Assembly: GCA_026770705.1 (NCBI GenBank) | Contig: JANJGN010000013.1 | Span: 57,474,001 to 57,538,000, forward strand | Direction of reading: 5' to 3' | Origin: Isurus oxyrinchus | Lineage: Eukaryota | DNA length: 64,000 nucleotides | Shown: one piece after another, positions 51,774 to 61,536 of the stretch | Position numbering within the stretch: position 1 is the stretch's first letter | How the letters are laid out: the number at the start of each line of letters is the position of its first letter | Position numbers and translations under genes: made by a program | Notes under the pieces: generated by a model | The model's database searches: none | Told to the model about the DNA's origin: nothing | The model's input: the letters and a program-made list of their open reading frames with translations, nothing else

Positions 51774-52008
51774 AAAACAAAAACAAAAAACTGCGGATGC
51801 TGGAAATCCAAAACAAAAACAGAATTACCTGGAAAAACTCAGCACGTCTGGCAGCATCGGCGGAGAAGAAAAGAGTTGACGTTTCGAGTCCTCATGACCC
51901 TTCGACAGTTCTGTCGAAGGGTCATGAGGACTCGAAACGTCAACTCTTTTCTTCTCCGCCGATGCTGCCAGACGTTCTGAGTTTTTCCAGGTAATTCTGT
52001 TTTTGTTT
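51774..52008. mobile_element. Palindromic Penelope-terminus mini-element in intron 2
   Basis: Near-perfect ~100-bp inverted arms around cttcgacagttctgtcgaag. 14-bp TSD tatataaca(t/a)cata. Confidence 0.88.
51907..51945 (+). ncRNA. Minimal type-I hammerhead-ribozyme-like motif (representative copy)
   Basis: AGTT-CTGTCGA-A-GGGTC-atgag-GACTC-GAAA-CG-TC-AACT: stem I AGTT/AACT, core CUG(U)NGA, stem II, GAAA, palindromic loopless stem III and a GUC site. Core position A6 is U. Confidence 0.55.
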
Positions 52009-52187
52009 TATATAACAACATATTCTGGCTGAAATAATTTTATGTAGAAGAACAGTAACAGAGTCTCCGTTTGCCCTCAAGCATTTGTTAAAAGACGTCA
52101 TTATATTAATTGGAGAATATTTGCTATTTTTGATTAAAGTTGTATATCATAAACCTAACATTGCTATAATGAAAGTCTAATACTCAC

Positions 52188-52304
52188 GTCTCGCTTTCCT
52201 GTTGCGTGCAGCTACAAGTAAAACAACGCATAAAATCACCAGTAGACACAGCAGGAAAGACCACTGGACTTTGATTTTCCTGGAATTAGGATCTTTGAAA
52301 GATT
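52188..52304 (-). CDS. Coding exon 2: stalk, transmembrane helix and basic stop-transfer segment
   Basis: Acceptor tttcttttaaag|, 117 nt, phase 1 in and 1 out, donor AGAC|GTGAGT. Translation (E)SFKDPNSRKIKVQWSFLLCLLVILCVVLLVAARNRKAR is in frame with exon 1. Confidence 0.88.
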
Positions 52305-53659
52305 CTTTAAAAGAAATTTGTATATATTTATCACAATTGAAAGTAAAAATCTCTGCGAAACAATACGTCCTTCAACTAATGTGATTGTAAGTGAAAACAC
52401 GTAAAAGAGAAATTGTCATTATTGCACCTCTCACTGTGCGGTAACCCCAGGATGTATATGCTTTTATTGGTTCCTTTCACATTGTAACCTTTAATTACAC
52501 GTCTCAAGCACAGAATAATACACCGGATTTGATATTCCGCCAGGCGTTAGCCTGTATTTCTCCTGGCTGCTTCAGGGACAGAATTATCGCATCTAAAGTT
52601 AACACCTCTTCCAAAACAGCTGGTCGACGAATTCCCAGAAGTTGAGAGTTGGCCATCCAATAACGTGATTGGACGGTCAGTATTTCAAATTCTGAGTTTT
52701 CTGCCGACTGTCCACCTTCATTCCAAGGGGTACAATTGAAATCCTGTGCAGGATTTCGGGAATATAATTTAGTCAAAATGGTAGGTTTGGTTGGTTTGCG
52801 GCATCACTTGTTTGTGTCGGTCTTGTTTTTCCCAGGAAGAAGTTGTGCAGCAACAATCAGATAATACACAGTCAAAATGACCTCAGTAAAACCCAACATT
52901 CAGAGTTGAGTTCGGAAAAGGTCAACAAACTTATGGATTAATTATATTTCTGTTTGATTACAACCATATATTTACACGTAATAAGTAAGAGTTTAAATCC
53001 AGAGATCACTACATCCTTCTGACGATGTCAACTGAAATCTCAGACCTATTGGCGTGGAGTGATCAGTGTTCACCAACAACATAGTTATTCTCCAAGCAGA
53101 GAATGAAGTTCAAGCAGTCCTGACATTCCAAATTCTTACACGGACAAAGGGGGTGGTGTAAAACATTACTGAGAGGAACAGAATAATTGTTGGAAAGACG
53201 TGATCTGTTTACAATTTTATGTGGAAATATTGAACAGCACTGTAATAAATATCAGAAAATAATTTTAGACTAGAATGCCTGACGCGCTACCAATTACTGA
53301 ATTGATCTGAAGTAAATTTATATTCAGGTTGTCCACACTGATTCACTGGAACCAGTTGCATGTTGAACATGCCCATATTTTGTACCCATTTTCTCGACTT
53401 CCTCCGCTGAATGTCTTGTTTGTTACTGCATGAAGGTTCAATAGATGCCGAGTTCCAACCTTCACTTCTCCCAAATGACAATTCTCGGTAACCCTTCTTC
53501 CAGTCTGCTCCTGGTCCCATACACCCTAACGCTTTCCAACAAGAATCATTGGCACTGAGCCATGACCAGGAGCAGCAGTCCTGATCATTCACTTTCTTCA
53601 GACGGTGTGCTTGGCCAATTGTAGCTCCCCATCAATGGCTGCTGAAGCTCCGCCCAGTG

Positions 53660-54810
53660 TTCATAGAACCATAGAAAAGTTACAAAACAAAAGGAGGCCA
53701 TTTGGCCCATCTTGTCCATGCCAGCCCAAGGACACCCAGGTGCCCTTTCTAATCCCATCTTGCTGCACCCAGCTCATAGCCCTGCAGCTTACGGCACTTA
53801 AGGTGCAGATCCAGGTACTTTTTAAAAGAGTTTAGAGTTTCTGCCTCTACCACCAACTTGGGCAGTGAATTCCAGACACCCACTACCCTCTGCATAAGAA
53901 AGTTGTTCCTCATGTCCCCCCTAAACCTTCTCCCACTTATGTTGAATCTATGTCCCCTGGTTCTAGAATTGTCCACCAAGGGAAACAGTTTTATCATCTC
54001 CATTCTATCGATTCCCCTCATAATTTTGTACACCTCAATCAAGTCACCTCTCAGTCTTCTTTGTTCTAAGGAAAATAACCCCAACCTATCCAATCTCTCC
54101 TCGTGGCTACACTTTCCTGACCCTGGCAACATTCTTGTAAACCTCCTCTGCTCTCTCTCCAGAGCTATTACGTCCTTCCTGTAATGTGGTGACCAGAACT
54201 GCGCACAATACTCCATTTTGGCCTCACCAGTGTTTTACACAATTCCAACATTATATCCTTACTTTTATATTCTACACCTCTGCTAATGAAGGAGAGCATT
54301 CTATATGCCTTCTTTTCAACCTTGTCTACTTGAACTGCTGCCTTCAGGGACCTGTGTATTTGTATGCCAAGGTCTCTCACTTCATCTACCCCTCAGTATA
54401 TTCCCATTTATTTTGTAATCCCTATAACTGTTGACCTCCCTCAATGTATGACCCTACACTTCTCTATGTTAAGATCCATCTGCCACTTTACCGCCCACAC
54501 CACCAACCCATCTATATTGTTTTGGAGATTATGGCTATCCTCTACACTATCCACTACTCGGCTAATCTTTGTGTTATCTGCACCCCACGTTCACGTCCAA
54601 ATCGTTAACATATAACACAAACAGCAAGGGTCCCAACACCAAGCCCTGTGGAACGCCACTTGAGACAACTTTCCATTCGCAAGGGCATCGACCATTACCC
54701 TTTGTTTCCTGTTACAAAGCCAACATTTTATCCAGTTTTCACATTGCCCTGAATCCCATGGGCTTTTATTTTCCTGACCAATCTGTCATATGGGACCTTG
54801 TCAACTGTTT
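53660..54810 (-). mobile_element. CR1 LINE 3' fragment in intron 1 of the receptor gene
   Basis: ORFs 54168..54380 and 53749..54216, with a 3' tail (ttctatg) at ~53662-53677. Confidence 0.92.
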
Positions 54811-54915
54811 TAACCTTCACAGCACCAATAAACACTGGGACATGAATACAATGATGTGACGGGTTGAATTACCATGAGTACTGCCACACTTTGAAACATA
54901 AATAATAGGACCTAC

Positions 54916-55333
54916 CTGTAACTGTCAATGTGCTTCCATTGCCCCTCATACCTTCAGTGGACGGTGGATTCAGACTCATCAATTCACAATAATATGTGCC
55001 ACTGTCCCCAGGCTGGAGGCGGTTTATTGATATCTGCGATACATTTCGATCTTGGTCTTTTCTATTTACTACCCGGATTGACTGATTACTCTTGCATCTG
55101 TCCATGTAAATAATATAGGTCGGATTATTTTGGTTTCTTGGTTGGTGAAGCCAGTTGATTACAAAGTCCTGAATTTCATCAGCAGAATAGACACAGGTCA
55201 GGTTCGTTGTCCCTCCTTCAGTCACAAGCAGAGAATCTGGGGTCTGGTATACCCGAATCCCTTCGGCAGCACTCAGTGTCCAGTCAGGGCAGAAAATAGA
55301 CATCTGCATCAATATTAATATCATGATGTTCAT
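54916..55333 (-). CDS. Coding exon 1 of an IgSF receptor: signal peptide plus VJ-type Ig variable domain (CD28/CTLA4/PD-1/NKp30-like)
   Basis: From ORF 54869..55414, second Met onward: MNIMILILMQMSIFCPDWTLSAAEG-IRVYQTP..NLTC..INW..DSGTYYC-ELMSLNPPSTEGMRGNGSTLTVT. It has the canonical V-set Cys/Trp/D-x-G-x-Y-x-C residues and a J-like G-x-G-x-x-L-x-V strand. A phase-1 donor ACAG|GTAGG follows at 54916/54915. An in-frame upstream ATG at 55414 is also possible. Confidence 0.92.
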
Positions 55334-55362
55334 GTTAACCCGGCGACACCGGAGATCATCAG

Positions 55363-55620
55363 CTTTCAGGTTTGCAAGAGTCAGCAGAGGTTGAGACACT
55401 CGGTTACTGTTCATCTTTCACAGCTCTCGGTGCGGATGTGGGACGTGGGGAGTTTACAGATAACCACCCGCCTCTTGTTAGTTACGCGTGGGTTTCAAAG
55501 CCCGACTCTGCTGCTCAGTATTCTCAGATAAACTCGCGCTCACCACAGGGAGAAACGTGGAACCCAGCGATAACCAGCACCGGCGACTTCAGTGCAAAAC
55601 AGTAATTTAAGGCTTTGATG
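55363..55620 (-). promoter_or_regulatory. Putative 5' region of the receptor gene, possibly a non-coding first exon and a 181-nt intron
   Basis: Non-repetitive, CpG-richer sequence immediately upstream of exon 1. Candidate donor GTG|GTGAGC at 55544/55543 and candidate acceptor ctgactcttgcaaacctgaaag| at 55363/55362. No in-frame ATG in the upstream piece. Confidence 0.3.
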
Positions 55621-57054
55621 CCTCTCTAAGTTTTCACCTTTAGCCTGGTTATTGTCACATGATTAATGAGTTCCAAATTGTCCAAACGTGCCTGGAGAAA
55701 AATCGAATAAAGGGAAAAATAAATTCAGTTCAAATAAAGTTGCAATCGTCCACAACTGTTGGCAAATATAAAATCATTTTCTGCGTCGAATCAAAACTGC
55801 AAAAGGTTCCCCGTGTGAGTCGATGTTTAAATAAAACTTTGCTGATAAATACTGGTAAGAGATAAGCCCGGAGAGGCGGTTTGAAGCTTTCAGTGCAATG
55901 ACAGTGCTTTCCTATTCTCATTTCCTGCCAGTCACACAGACAGTAATGCAGGGTTAATGCCCATAGCACGGGCACAGTGTAGCTGGTACAAGATGTGAAT
56001 TTAGAGAATGTGTTTGTCTTCACGATAATTGTGAAAAAGTGACGTGTGACTGATTTGGATTCAGTGCGTCTCTCTGTTCCCCAGCTGCCTACAGGCACCA
56101 TTCCTCTCTACCTAAGTTCACGGTGTGAACAGTGATCCTTGTTCTAGATTCCTAATGTTTGGTTATGTCATTCAAGACACTATTGCCCCGTGGGTAATTT
56201 AACCAGTGACCCGAGGCCTGGTCTAAGAATCCATAGAACAAGTTGCTCTAATTCCAGCACGGCAGTTTTAAAACTTGAATTCAATGAAGCAAAATTGAAA
56301 ATAAAAGAAAGTGCGATCAGTAAAAGTGTTGCGAAGCTGTCGGATTGGTTCACTATTGCCTTTCTGGAACCATATTTGTCATCTTTATCTAGTCCGGCCT
56401 ACCTGTGACCCCAGTCCCACATCAACGTGGTTTGCGTTTTAATCAGCCTTGATCTTGTCAGAAACACGCTCATCCGAGAATACATCCAAAGGAATGAAGT
56501 CGAAACTTTGGGAAAAAAAGATTATTCTACAAAAGGTTCAGTTTGAGTAACATTTTTGAATGAGATATTGAACTTGGCCGTTGTAGCTATCAAGGACATG
56601 ATTTTGGGTATGGACTGTAGCGGTTCAAAAAGGCGGCTCACCACCACCCTCTTAAGGACAACTAGAGATTGGCAATAAATGCTGGTCTAGCCAGCGATTC
56701 CCGCATCCCATTAAGGAATAAATAACAAAATATATAAACTTGATTTCTATTTTTAAACATGTACTATCCGTTAAATTATGGTAAACTGAAGTTTTTCTTT
56801 GCTTTGTTAGGTTTGAGTTACTTTTTCGTGGAAGCCTCTTATGGGCGTTAAAACGTAGGCGAGGATAAACACCCCCGATTTCGGGTATCCCATGTCAGTG
56901 TCAAATGCTCCCAGGTCAGGGAAAGTACCTCCAGTTTCAGTGTATAACTCTATCCTCTGTAACCTCTTAATCTGCATAGTCGGAAATTCAGAACCCCGAA
57001 GCTATCGCATTTTTATTCTTTCATGGTGTTTGGGCGTGCCCAGCTAGGCCAACA

Positions 57055-57660
57055 TAAAAGTCAGGATGTTATGCTTTAGTTATACAGGGCATTGGTGAGA
57101 CCACATCTCAAATATTGTGTGTAGTTTTGGTCTCCTTATTTAAGGAAGGATGTAAATGCATTGGAGACTGCTGAGAGGAGGTTTACTAGATTGGTACCTG
57201 GAATGAGTGGGTTGTCTTATGAGGAAAGGTTGGACAAACTGGGCTTGTTTCCACTGGAGCTTAGAAGAGTGAGGGGTGATTTGATTGAAGTATACGAGAT
57301 CCTGAACGGCCTTGACAAGTTCGACGTCAAAAGGACATTTCCTCTTGTAGATGAGTCCAGAACTAGGGGGCACTGTTTTAAAATTAGGGATTGCCCTTTT
57401 AGGACAGTAATGAGGAGAAAAGTTTTCTCTCAGAGGGTTGTGAAACTTTGGAACTCTCTGCCTCAGAAGGTGGTGGAGGCAGGGTCATTGAATAATTTTA
57501 AGACAGAGGTAGATAGATCCTTGTTAGGCAAGAGAATCAAAGGTTATTGGGGGTAGATGGGAATGTGGAACTCAAAACACAACAGATCAGCAATGACCTT
57601 ACTGAATGATGGAGCTGGCTCGAGGAGCTGAAATGCCTAAGCCTGCTCTTATTTTGCAAG
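57055..57660 (+). mobile_element. CR1 LINE 3' fragment
   Basis: ORF 57161..57556. Confidence 0.9.
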
Positions 57661-57669
57661 TTTGTATGC

Positions 57670-59720
57670 ATGTTTATTGCACATTCCTAATTGCCCTTAA
57701 GAAGGTGGTGGTGAGCTATCTTCTTGAACTAGTACAGGCCATGTATTGTAGGTACATCTACAGTGCTGTTAGGGAGAGAGTTCCAGGATTTTGATCCAGC
57801 AACAGTGAAAGAACGGCGATATATTTGCAAGTCAGGATAATGAGGGGCTTGGACGGGAACTTCCAGGTGGTGGTGTTCCCTTCTGTCTGCTGCCCTTGTC
57901 CTGGATGGTAGTTGTCATGGGTTTGGAAAGTGCTGTCGAAGAAGCCTTGGTGAGTGGCTGCAATGCATGTTGTAGATGGTACACACTGCTGCAACTGTAC
58001 ATAGGTTGTGGAAAGAATGAATGTTTAAGGTGGTGGATGGGATGCCAACAAAGCAGTCTGCTTTATCCTGGATGCTGTCAAGCTTCTTGAGCATTGATGG
58101 AGCTCTTGACTGTTGCACTCATCCAGGCAAGTGGGGAGTATTCCATCACACTCCTGAACTGTGCTTTGTAGATGTTGGACAAGCTTTAGGAAATCAGGAG
58201 GTGAGTTACTCACTGCAGGATTCCTAGCCTCTGGCCTGCTCTTGTAGCCACAGTATTCATATGGCTAGTCCAGTTCAGTTGCTGGTCAATGGTAACCCCC
58301 CAAGATGTTGATAGTGGGGAATTCAGCGATGGTAATGCCATTGAATGTCAAGGGCAGATGGTTCAATTCTCTCTTGTTGGAGATGGTCATTGCCTGCCAC
58401 TTGTGAGGTGCAAATGTTACTTGTGACTTATCAGCCCAAGCCTGAATTTCATCCAGGTCTTGTTGCGCATAGACACGGACTGCTTCAGTATCTGAGGAGT
58501 TGCAAATGGTGTTGAACATTGCACAATCATCAGCAAACATCCCCAATTCTGACCTAATGATGGAAGGAAGGTCACTGATGAGCAGCTGAAGATGGTTGGG
58601 TATAGGAAACTGCCCTGAGGAACTCCTGCAGTGATGTCCTGGAACTGAGATGACTGACCTCCAACAACCACAACCATCTTCCTTTGTGTTAGGTATGACT
58701 CCAAACTATGGTGAGTTTACCCCTTGATTCTCATTGACTCCAGTTTTGCTAGGGCTCCTTGATACCACACTTGGTCAAAAGCTGCTTTAACATCAAGGAC
58801 AATCACTCTCACCTCACTTCTGAAGTTCAGCTCTTTTGTCCATGTTTGAACCATGACAGTAATGAAGTCAGGAGCTGAGTGGCCCTGGTGGGACCCAAAC
58901 TGAGTGTCAGTGAGCAAGTTATTGTTCAATTAGTTCTGCTTGATAGCACTGTTGATGACTGCTCCCATCCGTTTGCTGGCGATTGAGTAGACTGATGGGT
59001 GTCAACTGGCAGTTGGATATGTCTGCTTTTTGTGGGCAGGATGTACCTGGGCAATACTCCTCATAGCTGGATGGATGCCAGTGTTGTAGCTGTACTGGAG
59101 GAACTTGGCTAGCACTTAGCTAATTCTGGAGCTTACATTTTCAGTGCTCTTGCCAGAATGTTTCCTGGGCCCATAGCCTTTGCAGTATTCAGTGCCTTCA
59201 GCCACTTCTTTATATTATGTGGAGTGAATTGAATTGGCTGAAGACTGGCATCTGTAATGCTGGGAATCTCAGGAAAAGGCTGAGATGGATAACCACTTGG
59301 CACATCTGGATGAAGATGCTTGCAAATGCTTCAGCTTTATCTTTTGCTCTGGGCTCTTTTGTCCTGGGCTCCACCATTATTGAGGATGGGGATATTTGTG
59401 GAGCCTCCTTCTCCTGTTAGTTGTTGAATTGTCCAAAGCCATTTACGACTGGATGTGACAGGACTGCAGAGCTTAGATCTGATCCATTAGTTGTGGGATT
59501 GCTTAGCTCTGTCTATTGCATCCTGCTCACACTGTTTGGCATGCAAGTGGCCCTGTGTTGCAGCTTCACCAGGTTGGCACCTCATCTTTAGCTATGCCTG
59601 GTGCTGCTCCTTCCATGCAGTCCTGCCCTGTTCATTAAACTAGGGTTAATCCCCTGGTTTGATAATAATAGCAAAGTGTGGAATATGCCAGGCCATGAGA
59701 TTACAGATTATAGTTGAGTA
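57670..59720 (-). mobile_element. Second-family LINE, RT region
   Basis: LDVKAAFDQVW, AGVPQGS and MFADDC motifs in ORFs 58717..58929, 58417..58704 and 58286..58546. Confidence 0.9.
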
Positions 59721-59724
59721 CACA

Positions 59725-61535
59725 AGAACATAAGAACTAGGAACAGGAGTAGGCAATTCAGTGCATCGAGTCTGCCCCGCCACATATTAAGATCATGGCT
59801 GATCTCATTTTGGCCTCAGCTCCAATTTCCTGCACTCTCCCCATAACCTTTCAACCCATTACTAATTAAAAATCTATCCATCTCCTCCTTAAATTTTTTC
59901 AACATCCCGGCATCCACTGCACTTTGAGGTAGTGAATTCAACAGATTCACGACCCTTTGAGAAAAGTAATTCCTCTTCATCTCTGATTTAAACCTACCAC
60001 CCCTTAGCCTAAAACTACGGCATCTCATTCTAGAATGCCTCACAAGGGGAAACATCTGCTCTACGTCTACTTTGTCTAACCCCTTTAGCATCTTATATAC
60101 CTCAATTAGATCTTCTCTCATCCTTCTAAACTCTAGCGAGTATAGGCCTAAACTGCTCAATCTCTCCTCATAAGACAAGCCTTGCATGTCTGGAATCAAT
60201 CTAGTGAACCTCCTCTGAACTGCCTCCAATGTAACTACATCCTTCCTCAAGTAAGGGGACCAAAACTGTGCACAGTACTCCAGGTGTGGTCTCACCAATG
60301 CCTTGTACAGTTGCAAAAACACTTCCCTATTTTTATACTCTATTCCTTTAGTAATAAATGTCAAAATTCCATTTGCCTTCCTTATTACCTGCTGTACCTG
60401 CATACTAGCTTTCAGCAATTCATGCACTAGGACACCCAGATCCCTCTGCACTGAAGAATTCTGAAGTTTCTCTCCATTTAAATGATAAGTTTCCTTTTTA
60501 TTCTTCCAACCAAAATGGATAACCTCACATTTATCCACGTTAAACTTCATCTACCAAATTTTGGCCCATTCAGTTAACCTGTCCATATCCATTTGTAAAT
60601 TTCTTATTTCTTCATTGCAACTTACTTTCCCACTTATTTTGGTGTCATCTGCAAATTTAGCTATAGTACCATCTATCCCTGAATCCAAGCCATTCATATA
60701 GATTGTAAATAGTTGGGGCCCAAGGACTGAACCCTGTGGCACCCCACTAGTTACAGCTTGCCATCCAGAAAAAGACCCATTTATCTCAACTCTCTGCTTT
60801 CTGTTGGTTAGCCAATCCTTTATCCAAGCTAACATATCACCCCTAACTCCGTGTGATCTTATCTTGTGTATTAATCTTTTGTGCGGTGCCTTATCAAAGG
60901 CCTTCTGGAAGTCTAGATATACTACATCTTCAGGATCCCAATTATCCACTTTGCTTGTCACATCTTCAAAGAGCTCTAGCAAATTAGTCAAACGCAATTT
61001 ACTCTTCATAAAACCATGCTGACTCTGATGGATTGCATTTTGATTTTCCAAATGCCTCATTACTACTTATTTAATAATGGATTCCAACAATTTCTCAACG
61101 ACTGACATTAAACTAACTGATCTATAGTTTCCTACTTTCTGCCTCCCCCCCTTTTTGAATAAGGGCATTATATTAGCATTTTTCCAATCCACTGGAACCT
61201 TTCCAGAATCCAAGGAATTTTGGAATATTATAGCCAATGCACCCACTATCTCTGCTTCAACTTCCTTTAAGACCCTGGGATGTAGGCCATCAGGTCCTGG
61301 GGACTTGTCACCCTTTAATCCGAATAGTTTGCTCAGTACTTTTTCTCTAGTGATGGTGTTTGTTCTAAGTTCCTCCTTCTCTATACCTTCTGCACTACCT
61401 GTTAATACTGGGGTGGTCCTAGTGTCCTCCACCATGAAAACAGGCAAAATATTGATAAAACGTCTCTGACATTTCTGTGTTCTCCACAATTAACTCCCCT
61501 GTCTCATCCTCCAATGGACCAACATTCACTTTAGC
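59725..61535 (-). mobile_element. Relatively young CR1 LINE, RT through 3' end
   Basis: ORFs 61067..61489, 60551..61060 and 59816..60550 are in one frame, separated only by stop codons. Confidence 0.95.
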
Positions 61536-61536
61536 T

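Noticed and set aside
51774-52008. Palindromic repeats as a CRISPR array, terminator or true MITE
   Set aside because: The context is eukaryotic and there is no repeat-spacer periodicity. The arms are identical to Penelope ends, and the TSDs are long and variable.
53287-53592. 101-aa minus-strand ORF in intron 1
   Set aside because: No recognisable domain or flanking splice sites, and exons 1 and 2 join in frame without it.
54869-55990. Rearranging Ig/TCR V segment with an RSS
   Set aside because: The J-like strand is already joined in the germline and is followed by a splice donor. No heptamer follows YYC, the cacagtg at ~55973 has no nonamer, and no C1 exon was found.
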